DNA from: a virus
Taxonomy: Duplodnaviria; Caudoviricetes
Length of the DNA stretch: 64,000 bases
Virus record (IMG/VR): IMGVR_UViG_2859564202_000001
Direction: 5' to 3' (one strand)
Under the pieces are notes generated by a model, which did not search any database, had not been told where the DNA came from, and was given only the letters and a program-made list of their open reading frames with translations. The position numbers were made by a program, and so were the translations under genes. Shown one piece after another: positions 41,051 to 49,802 of the stretch; position 1 is the first letter of the stretch; each line of letters starts with the position of its first letter.

Positions 41051-41827
41051 ATGCTTTATTATCTCGCTGCTGCTGTGGACACAACACCCCGTGACACCAT
41101 GACCATGGGTGAAGTCTTCATTATGACCTGCCTAACATTTATTGTGATCATAAGCTTTTTCGGAATGGTATACGCCATAGCACGCCTAATTGAACATTTA
41201 ATTTACCAACAATGGCGCTCGTTCATGACGTCTGCGTGTTGGCTCATAATTAGCTCGGTCGTTTCCCTCATCAGTTATGGTATAGCTTTAAACAAAAGCG
41301 ATAACAATGAACCGATGGTGTCTACGACAGAACCGACTCCCCCACCCACTAACACCCCACCAGAAAATAACACCTCGACCGAACCTATGGACTGGTCGAT
41401 CATTATTAATGTGCTTGCCGTTGCTACTGTCGTGATACTCACCCTTATCATCGCAGCTGCATTATATAGGGGTTTCACACGCAACAAAATAAAAAAACTT
41501 GAAGCTATACGAGAAGCCCAGCAACACGAACGCGACAATCCCACTATCCGCATTGCTGATCTTCGCGGCATCATGGATACTCACCACTACATCTACACCG
41601 ACGTCATGGTTACACGTGCACATGAACTCATGATTACTGCACCCGCATTCTTTGATGTCACTCTCCCCGAAGCAGTGCTCTACGAAGATACTAAACGTGC
41701 TGCTCATGATGCCCTTAACGGCTATAAAGACACCACTGTCGCTAGTGCAGAGAAGATCATGCTTGTAGATGCAGTCACCGCAGCATGGACTCTCTATTCC
41801 ACAAAAGCAAACACCGGATCCACGTGA
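41051..41827 (+). CDS. Membrane protein (three TM plus cytoplasmic helical domain)
   Basis: ATG at 41051 with GAAAGGA RBS. Confidence 0.65.
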   Translation: MLYYLAAAVDTTPRDTMTMGEVFIMTCLTFIVIISFFGMVYAIARLIEHLIYQQWRSFMTSACWLIISSVVSLISYGIALNKSDNNEPMVSTTEPTPPPTNTPPENNTSTEPMDWSIIINVLAVATVVILTLIIAAALYRGFTRNKIKKLEAIREAQQHERDNPTIRIADLRGIMDTHHYIYTDVMVTRAHELMITAPAFFDVTLPEAVLYEDTKRAAHDALNGYKDTTVASAEKIMLVDAVTAAWTLYSTKANTGST

Positions 41828-41864
41828 TCCGAGAGCCGAGTACCGCTTAAGTCTCAGGCATAAA

Positions 41865-42695
41865 TCAAGAACTCAGAGACGATCCGGCAGGACGAATGAC
41901 ATCCACAGGTTCAGGCTGATCCGTCACCTCGATCACATATTGAACCTCTGAGTCCGAACCATCCGGGAAAGTCACTTCTGTACGAAACCACAGTTGACCG
42001 GTTCGATCATCAGGCGCCGTGAAGGTGAGATCGCCAGTCTTCTCATCTATGAGAATGATTGCACCCATCAACTCCGCATTCTCAATTGAGCCGTAACGAT
42101 CTCGGACCACCTTCGATCCCTGTGGGACCCCACCAACCGCTCCTGTACCACCATCCGTCACCCTCAATGGGATCTTGACAGTCTGACCATTGCGGACTTT
42201 AGGATAACCCGTGCTTTCAATGCCGTAGTAAATACTGTCAGCCACATAAACCACTGAATGGGGTGTCACTCTATCAAATGACCCATCAGGGTAGACCACC
42301 TTGACAGTCACTCGATCTGTATAAGATCGTTTCATTTCACCAGGGGTGTAGCTGATCCCCGAAGCCCCAAGAGTATGTCGAATCTCCCCTGTATTTGGGT
42401 CCAATCGAGAAGCGAGCAGACCATCATCAATAATAATTGAAAACGAATCACCCTCAAGTAAAAATCGAGTCTCCTCTGGTAATTCAGCAAGGTTTTCAAC
42501 AGACTGTTCAACCGACTTGGGAAAGACTCCACTAGAACCGAGACGCGTTTCTAAGGATTCATACCGTGGTTCATACTGAGCAGCCATAGACACATTTTCA
42601 TATGCAATCGCAACACCCGTGCCATTTACCGTTGCTCCGAACAACAGTGAACATGACAGTGCAGCGGTAACCAACGTGCGTGAACGTACCAACAT
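41865..42695 (-). CDS. Secreted YPDG/Rib-like domain protein (paralog B)
   Basis: Clear paralog of 29483-30322 including upstream DNA. C-terminal GSSLSS. Confidence 0.8.
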   Translation of the reverse strand: MLVRSRTLVTAALSCSLLFGATVNGTGVAIAYENVSMAAQYEPRYESLETRLGSSGVFPKSVEQSVENLAELPEETRFLLEGDSFSIIIDDGLLASRLDPNTGEIRHTLGASGISYTPGEMKRSYTDRVTVKVVYPDGSFDRVTPHSVVYVADSIYYGIESTGYPKVRNGQTVKIPLRVTDGGTGAVGGVPQGSKVVRDRYGSIENAELMGAIILIDEKTGDLTFTAPDDRTGQLWFRTEVTFPDGSDSEVQYVIEVTDQPEPVDVIRPAGSSLSS

Positions 42696-42851
42696 ACTTC
42701 TACACCACTTTCTAAATTAGAGATACTCTATGCCACCTCACAGTATAGGTACAGGATGTGTGGCGTTCCCTGCCCTCATGGACGGGGTTGCTGCGTACCA
42801 ACTGCCCTACACATTGCGAGAGCCGGATAACGCTTAAGTCTCAAGCAGAGA

Positions 42852-43151
42852 TCAAGAACTCAGAGACGATCCTACGGGGCGAATATCATCCACAGGTTCA
42901 GGCTGATCCGTCACCTCGATGGAATAAGAGGCCGTCGCATATGTGCCATCTGGATAAATTAATTCTGCAGCAAACCACAGTTGACCAGTTCGATCTTCCC
43001 GTGCTGTGAAAGTAAGCTCACCGGTTTTCTCATCAATAACGACAATTGCACCCATCAACTCCGCATTGTCAATTGAGCCATAGCGATCTCGGACCACCTT
43101 CGATCCCTGTGGGACCCCGCCAATCACTCCTGTGCCGTCCATCACCCTCAA
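42852..43151 (-). pseudogene. 3' fragment of a third YPDG/Rib paralog
   Basis: Matches the last ~100 aa of paralogs A and B, no signal peptide. Confidence 0.8.
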
Positions 43152-43208
43152 TGGGTCAGGCCCTTCATACTTCTACCTTTACAGAACCAGACTATCTATT
43201 GACGAAGC

Positions 43209-43592
43209 TCAGCTACTCAGAAATATGCTGCCAACGGAAATATCAATGTGCAAAGCTAATGGCAGGCCGTCACCTGCTATAATTGCCCAGCTCGGGTCTA
43301 AGTTTTCAGGATCTACTATGAAAGGATCAGTACGACCGTCGGGATCACTCAATTGAAGATACACCGGGTTTGCTTGGGGTGGTTGATCCTGTGGCATTGG
43401 GCCGGCCATGTCTACTGTATCAATAGGCAACCCACATGGTTGTACACGAACAATGAGATCACCTGCTTCAGATACTGAAAAACCAGCGCGCCCTTTGACA
43501 TTAATGTCTCCCAAATAATTGCCGCATCCTGAAACAGTCAGGCCGCAGATTACTAAGGCTGCCAAAGTCTTGATTCGTCGTTCCTTCATCAT
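43209..43592 (-). CDS. Lipoprotein, possibly truncated
   Basis: VSGC lipobox after a basic N-terminus. Confidence 0.55.
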   Translation of the reverse strand: MMKERRIKTLAALVICGLTVSGCGNYLGDINVKGRAGFSVSEAGDLIVRVQPCGLPIDTVDMAGPMPQDQPPQANPVYLQLSDPDGRTDPFIVDPENLDPSWAIIAGDGLPLALHIDISVGSIFLSS

Positions 43593-43865
43593 AACTCCGT
43601 CTTCGTTGCACCCATCAGCAAAAAAAGGTACAGCGTTGTTTGGCTTTCACCCTGGTAGATAAGATCCACTTCTAGCTCAAAATAGCATCTGATAACTACG
43701 AAAGTGCTATCAGGGATGCAGAGAGGTCTAAGCTTTATTAGCTCATACACTATGCACATCGTGAGATGGACTATCGCAACAGGTTGTAGATCTCTGAATT
43801 CAGCATGAATCAATTGTCTTTCGATGCCATTATCGCGTGAGGTTTCCGGCTCAGAAAGCGGTGGT

Positions 43866-44297
43866 TCAAGCTGCCTCGGAATTACGCTCCACGAAACCCT
43901 CAAGCCCCGGAGCTACCCACCCTACGGGGAGTGACCACAGGTGAGACAGTTCAGGTCTAAATGATGTGCGCTCCTCTTCGAGCACAAGCGCAGCAAAGTC
44001 TTCTTCGAGTGTTGCACTCATAAGAGATTGACCTGGAAAAACAAAAGAAATTTCACCAGGCGTGGAAAGAGCCGTCACAAACACCAGATGCACCAATTGC
44101 CCTTTATATATTTCTTCACGAGCAACATCAGCCTTGTTAATATCTTCCCATTCAAGAAAATGGTTCTTCAGCTTCCTACCCTTCAGAAGCTTTTCAATAT
44201 AATCACGTCCATCTGAGCCATCTAATAAACCTACGCAGCATTCATAGCTTGAATCCTGCTCAGAAAGGAACAAGAGAATCAGCTTGTCGGAATACAT
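43866..44297 (-). CDS. Acidic hypothetical protein downstream of LGFP gene (immunity candidate)
   Basis: AGGAGA RBS, 29 bp after the LGFP stop. Confidence 0.7.
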   Translation of the reverse strand: MYSDKLILLFLSEQDSSYECCVGLLDGSDGRDYIEKLLKGRKLKNHFLEWEDINKADVAREEIYKGQLVHLVFVTALSTPGEISFVFPGQSLMSATLEEDFAALVLEEERTSFRPELSHLWSLPVGWVAPGLEGFVERNSEAA

Positions 44298-44326
44298 GCC
44301 GCAATTCTCCTATTCCATTCCTTATG

Positions 44327-45910
44327 TTAACTACGGTCTATCGTACACGGAAGATAAGCGTAATTAGTTGCTGACTGACCGAAATACGGCTGACCTTCAT
44401 AAGTCACCTGAAAATATGAAGTACCCCAAAATAATGTATTCTTCTCCCCGCTGCAACCCGCCTCTAAATTGGTTTGCACAACAGAATTCCTATTACCGAA
44501 GAATTGTTGTGCATATGCTGCTTGAGCCCATCGTCCCCAATAGTCGTAGTAAATCCATCCATACCCCACTACATCTGAGACAGTTCCAGGAAGGTCGCAA
44601 TCCATCCTAGCCTTAAACCCAATCTTTGGAACCCTAATCCCGACTCCGTCACTCTTCGTTCTCACATGAATGTTAGCGGATTGCGATTGACATTGAATCG
44701 AATCTTTCTTGGCGTTAAGTGAATTCGCCTCTACACGAGAATTTGACAATCCGTTCTCAAAATACTCTATTGCTTCCTCAAGATTAGCAAAGGGTAAAAA
44801 CTCAATAAAAGCCTCAAGAGGATTGGGGTATAGGTTAGCTGCAAGTTCGCCTTTTTCGAATACCTGATTAGCCATGTTTTCTGTATACTTTTCTGGATCG
44901 CCGATAGGGTAACCGAATTCCCCACTCTCAGCTCCTTCTTCTCTCCAGATGCTGTATATATCCCCTAATATAGGGTGAGCTCCGTGTTGCGGATGCCAGT
45001 AGACAACTCCGTTCTGGAAAACAGAAAATCTGCCCACACCGTCAGCTGTCACAGCCTCATCCGCAATGGGAAAACCAAGGTCACTATCAGGACCACCCAA
45101 TTCAAGCCATTTATCCAAGATCAGCCCATTAATACTGGCCACCTGGAAACCGTCCAATACCGGACTGCGATACACTCGCCCACCTTGGAAAGTTTGCACC
45201 CACCCACTCAACTCACCATCAATCGGATTGGAACCATTCACAGGGACTTCACCACCAGTGGGATAACCCATCCACCCAGACTCCCACCCATTACGCTCCC
45301 ACACCTGCGCACTGTAATTATTAACAGCATGCGCACCAGTTGTCGGATGCCAATAAACAAACCCATTCATAAACCGCTGACGATACCCCTGACCATCAGG
45401 ATTTAACGTTTGGCCTTCACTCGGAAACAACATCCACCCAAACTGGGCACCCTGCTGAATATAGCGCTCTAAAATAGCACCACAAACCTGATGAGGTGAC
45501 GGCCAAAACGTCTGACACGCCGCAGCCGCAGCAAGGCCTCGCGTCTGTGGCTGAGATTGTTGCTGTGCAATAGCTATCTCTGCCTCATCAGCGGCTGCTT
45601 TATCAATAGTTACTGGCAGCTCCACCTTATCTGACCACATCTCACCCGGAATGAGCTCTTCATTAGGTGCGCCAGATTCTTGGGCTTGTCGGATAGCCTC
45701 GTGGATCTCGGCGATTTCTTGCTCAGTGTAGCCACCCACCCCGTCTACCACAGGTGGGGTATTCCCTTCGTGGTGGAACTGTTGAACATACGCATCTTGG
45801 TCTTCAGGTGTGACCACCTGACTAGCTTGCCCCTGTGCCACAGGTGCTATACCACCTGCAACAAGAAGTGCTGCAGCAATGACGCCTGCAGCCTTGGAAA
45901 ACAGTTTCAT
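44327..45910 (-). CDS. psp3: Secreted LGFP-repeat protein
   Basis: Signal peptide, LGFP/MGYP/FGYP repeats, F..G..YW motifs. Symbol is from memory of C. glutamicum annotation and unverified. Confidence 0.85.
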   Translation of the reverse strand: MKLFSKAAGVIAAALLVAGGIAPVAQGQASQVVTPEDQDAYVQQFHHEGNTPPVVDGVGGYTEQEIAEIHEAIRQAQESGAPNEELIPGEMWSDKVELPVTIDKAAADEAEIAIAQQQSQPQTRGLAAAAACQTFWPSPHQVCGAILERYIQQGAQFGWMLFPSEGQTLNPDGQGYRQRFMNGFVYWHPTTGAHAVNNYSAQVWERNGWESGWMGYPTGGEVPVNGSNPIDGELSGWVQTFQGGRVYRSPVLDGFQVASINGLILDKWLELGGPDSDLGFPIADEAVTADGVGRFSVFQNGVVYWHPQHGAHPILGDIYSIWREEGAESGEFGYPIGDPEKYTENMANQVFEKGELAANLYPNPLEAFIEFLPFANLEEAIEYFENGLSNSRVEANSLNAKKDSIQCQSQSANIHVRTKSDGVGIRVPKIGFKARMDCDLPGTVSDVVGYGWIYYDYWGRWAQAAYAQQFFGNRNSVVQTNLEAGCSGEKNTLFWGTSYFQVTYEGQPYFGQSATNYAYLPCTIDRS

Positions 45911-46277
45911 TCACATGATCCTTTCGTTACTAGTTGATGTGAACAAACTGACCCTAACCCGAAAAAATCATAAGTTCTGTGAATAAAATTGTTGTGCGCG
46001 TATTTCCACCCCCGTTATAGGCAGGGCAAACATCACATAAAAAAGGTAACTTTTGGCTACTGACTTTTATGCCCATTCACGGTATTTAAACGACTCCATC
46101 CACCAGCGCCAAAAATCGTCCGAAACATGAGGTGATAGCGGTTTTATGCGCCAATTAGTTCGCAGACACAGCCCTTACTCTGGATATTTCAAGGGTGCAT
46201 ACACCCCCAGCACTACACGTGCAAAGCACCATCTCAACACATCGAGATGGTGCTTATTTATTCACCACAGCCAACAA

Positions 46278-48710
46278 CTACCGCTTCGCCAGGCGCTTCT
46301 TCTCCACCTGTGCAAGCGCATCATCAAGATTCTTCGGCCCAGTTTTCAAAGCTAGTTCTTTCGCTTCTACATCATCAAGCTCCTTCATCTTGCGCGCAGA
46401 TTTCTCATCAAAGCGCTCTTCGCGGTGCTCGGCCTTCGCCTGAATTGCGACAACATCAAGATCCGCTGTGCCCACCATCGTCGTGCCACCACCGTAGTGC
46501 TTGTCTCGCTTGGATCGTCGCTGACCTCGCTGTGCTTCAATCTTGCGACGCTGCTCCATATAAGGATTAACGCCCAACGCAAGGTTGGTTTCAAACACCA
46601 CATTGGTAGATCCTCGGCGCAAATAGCTCGCACCAGAATTCTGCGTTGTCACCAACCGTGCCAAGTCCATCGGGATCTGACTATTAATCAGAGATTGATA
46701 AGTATCCACCGAGTCAACGTTCATCGGGCCCAAAATGGTGTACGCAGCACGTTGGAATTGATTGAAGCCAACAGTGCCAAGCATCGCGTCCATCGAGCTG
46801 TAGAGATACGCCACTCGCCCACCACGCTCAGCCATATATGCGAACTGATTAGCCAAATAATCCTGAACATCAACATCGACAATGCCATCAGCACCGTGAA
46901 TGATGACCACATCGCCTTGACCAAGCGTCTCCACAGCAAAACCAATCACGTTAACCAGCTGTGCCATCGCGACACCTGCGCCACGTCGCAGCACTCCAGA
47001 AAAATCATAGATCACGCGGCGTGCAGAGTTCACAGAATCAATGCCATCTGCCGTGTGCTGATTAAACAGATCGCCATGAGTATCGAGCAAATCCTTATAG
47101 GTCAGTCGCAGCACAGAAATGGCACGAAACATTTCAGGGTCTTTGGTTCCCTCATATTTCTGGCGCTCATATTCTTGATCCAAATAGGACACGAAGACAG
47201 AGAGCAACGGGATCTGCTCATGAGGCACACCAACAAGACGCAGCTTGTCACGGTTTTCACCGGCATTAAGAGCCCACATTTTCATATCCACATAAAAGGC
47301 TGTAATAATTTCTTTGAGCTTTCCGCGCAATAGCGCCAGCTCAGAGGTCTTATCGCCCAATGCCTGCTCGGTCATAAACACGATTTTGTCCATGTGTGTG
47401 GAATACAGCGACAGCTCATCTTCTTGCTTACCAAACAGCTCGAACATGTTGAGATCTCCGCTAGTCATATCCACATGAGCGGTCATGGATTCTAGCTTTG
47501 GTCCCATTTCATCGAGCTTGGCACCATTGAGCACCAGGTGCACTACGCGACGGTTATTCAGTAGCGCTGCCTGAGAAATCTTCGACCCCCACATGTCAAC
47601 GACACGGGGACGCTTAAGTAGTGGTGATGTATTAATCGAGCTATCTGCGCATACGACATGTCCCGACCAGCGATCCACATCAAAAAGCACAGCGGAGTTG
47701 TTGACATCGCCACGCATGACACCGACGTATTCGCCAGCAACATCGTTAAGACCATTGGTGACCAAAGAATAAGAACCGGCAAACTCAGTCGAGGTGAAGT
47801 GGAATCCTTTACCTCGCTTTTTGCTATTTTTGCCAAAAATCTGTGACAGTTCTTGACGTTGCTCACCGTGGTGTGCAGCAATATCCATTCGCGATAAGTG
47901 CTCGATAAAACTGCGTCGAATTTTCTCAACAGTCGAATCCAAGATCTCAAGGTTTGGTCCACGCAGCAGCAGACGGTTGTGCACAGTCAAATATGATGCA
48001 CCATCATCAAGCTCGGCGATCACCTCATCAAGATCAAGTCCACGCTTAACAGTCTTGCGGCGGTTGGACTTAGTGGAAGAATCAGCCAAGTCTGATTCTT
48101 CTGTCTTAGCTAGTCGGTCAGTATTTTTCAGATTGTCATCAATCCATGACTGCTTCATCCGCTCCACTTGCTCAAAAAGCACAGCTGAGACACCCTCAGG
48201 CAGATTGCGTGGAATGCGGTTGACGCCCCAGAAAGCACCGAATTCATCCTTGGCATCCTCATTGTGGAAAAACGACAAAATAGTGCCGATTTCATCATCC
48301 ACCTCAAAATAATCCGAGTGGAAAACATAGTGCTCCCTCGGCTTAATCACCATGAGGTGACCGTGATTTTCCATGGTGCCCAGCGCTGCCTGAGCGTCCT
48401 TTTTCTGCTGACGAGTCATCGTCTCGTCATCGAGCTCATCACTAATTTCTTCCACGTCATGCGCATCGGTATCGGTGGCACGATCATCAAATTCACCAAA
48501 ACCAAATGATCCACTCAGTGTGCGCGCGGTGCGCGCAGGTACAGGTGGGATCGGGTCTGATTCGGAGGTGCGACCAATGATGCGAGCTCCTAACGAAGGT
48601 GCTGGGAGCGGTGCTTCTACAGCAGTGGTAGTGGTTTCTTCAGCCTCCGTAGTAAGTGATGCAGCAGGTTCTTGTGCCCGTTTGTTCTTGAGCTTGTTAA
48701 AAAGTTTCAT
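46278..48710 (-). CDS. VirB4/TcpF-like protein with degenerate Walker motifs
   Basis: 810 aa with VirB4-like architecture (G.YVG...VLFD, NMFE, IYDFS), directly after a TcpE-like gene. No GxxxxGK[ST] visible. Confidence 0.6.
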   Translation of the reverse strand: MKLFNKLKNKRAQEPAASLTTEAEETTTTAVEAPLPAPSLGARIIGRTSESDPIPPVPARTARTLSGSFGFGEFDDRATDTDAHDVEEISDELDDETMTRQQKKDAQAALGTMENHGHLMVIKPREHYVFHSDYFEVDDEIGTILSFFHNEDAKDEFGAFWGVNRIPRNLPEGVSAVLFEQVERMKQSWIDDNLKNTDRLAKTEESDLADSSTKSNRRKTVKRGLDLDEVIAELDDGASYLTVHNRLLLRGPNLEILDSTVEKIRRSFIEHLSRMDIAAHHGEQRQELSQIFGKNSKKRGKGFHFTSTEFAGSYSLVTNGLNDVAGEYVGVMRGDVNNSAVLFDVDRWSGHVVCADSSINTSPLLKRPRVVDMWGSKISQAALLNNRRVVHLVLNGAKLDEMGPKLESMTAHVDMTSGDLNMFELFGKQEDELSLYSTHMDKIVFMTEQALGDKTSELALLRGKLKEIITAFYVDMKMWALNAGENRDKLRLVGVPHEQIPLLSVFVSYLDQEYERQKYEGTKDPEMFRAISVLRLTYKDLLDTHGDLFNQHTADGIDSVNSARRVIYDFSGVLRRGAGVAMAQLVNVIGFAVETLGQGDVVIIHGADGIVDVDVQDYLANQFAYMAERGGRVAYLYSSMDAMLGTVGFNQFQRAAYTILGPMNVDSVDTYQSLINSQIPMDLARLVTTQNSGASYLRRGSTNVVFETNLALGVNPYMEQRRKIEAQRGQRRSKRDKHYGGGTTMVGTADLDVVAIQAKAEHREERFDEKSARKMKELDDVEAKELALKTGPKNLDDALAQVEKKRLAKR

Positions 48711-48712
48711 CT

Positions 48713-48780
48713 ATCCCCAATTCAGTTTAAGAGAAATATATTAAAGAAACTTTAACACAAAGAAAGTAGCTATTAAATGT
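48713..48780 (-). promoter_or_regulatory. Conserved promoter block (copy 2)
   Basis: Same three motifs as 22031-22100 with near-identical spacing. Confidence 0.55.
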
Positions 48781-48875
48781 CATTTTAATAGCTTATCTGC
48801 ACCCCAGTTGCTTACCCACAGACATGAAAAAACAGGCTGCTGGATCATCCAACAGCCTGCATCAAACTCCAGGTG

Positions 48876-49745
48876 CTACTTTTTCTTATGTCCGTAAATG
48901 CTGCGCAACAGGTCATTAACCTCAAAACCGTTGAGCTGGCGGCACTGTTTATACATCGCACTTGAGTTTTCTACCTCAGAGAGCAAAATCTCTTGCGCAG
49001 TATGCAGTGCAGCGTCATTGGGTGAATGCAGCGTCAAATACTGGTGAATTGAGCTGAATTTTCCACCTACGTCATAACGCAAAATATCAAGCGATTCCTC
49101 CATGAGTTTGGTGAGCTCAGGGTGTCGATACACTAAGTTCTGATTTTTACGCTCGACGTTGGCGACCTGGCTAAATACGGCTTGAGATTCTTTCGTCGTG
49201 ATGAAATTCCACTGCGTATCTGTTTCCACCTTTTGCCAAAAAGAATCTACGCGGTCAACGATTTGGCCGCGATCACCAGAAAACAACAGTGCTGAGGCCG
49301 TGCCTACGACAGAGTAGAAATAACCGACGCTGCCGTCCAAATAACGCACATAGCCATCTTCATCAACACTTTTAATACCGACAAGCTGCATAAATGGGTA
49401 TGGTGCGGTATCACGTCGTGTAGAAATTCTACGGTGTTGTTTCTGCAGATAGCCGAACAGAGCCGGCAGCTGCATAAACTTCATTTCCTTGGTCTTAGTC
49501 CACTGTCCGAAATACGCAGCAAAACCAATCACCCACAGCACGATAATGATTTTCAGCCACACCGGTGAGTGCTTGACCGGTGGTGTCATAATCACAGCTG
49601 CAGTGGAAATAAACACTACAAACCAAAACAGCAAGACTTTAACAGGGATAACACCAAGGCTAAACGACTTGGTAGTAATCGGAGTCTCATAATCCAGCAC
49701 ACTGCGTGCTAGAGACGGTGGAACTTTGTACTCTGCTTTTGCCAT
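48876..49745 (-). CDS. VirB3/TcpE/PrgI-like two-TM protein with cytoplasmic domain
   Basis: Two N-terminal TM helices, AAAGAAGGTG RBS, upstream of the VirB4-like gene. Confidence 0.55.
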   Translation of the reverse strand: MAKAEYKVPPSLARSVLDYETPITTKSFSLGVIPVKVLLFWFVVFISTAAVIMTPPVKHSPVWLKIIIVLWVIGFAAYFGQWTKTKEMKFMQLPALFGYLQKQHRRISTRRDTAPYPFMQLVGIKSVDEDGYVRYLDGSVGYFYSVVGTASALLFSGDRGQIVDRVDSFWQKVETDTQWNFITTKESQAVFSQVANVERKNQNLVYRHPELTKLMEESLDILRYDVGGKFSSIHQYLTLHSPNDAALHTAQEILLSEVENSSAMYKQCRQLNGFEVNDLLRSIYGHKKK

Positions 49746-49802
49746 CTCACACCTTCTTTCTTCAACAAATGGTTTGTTTCTTCTAGTGCACGTACTTGTG
49801 CG

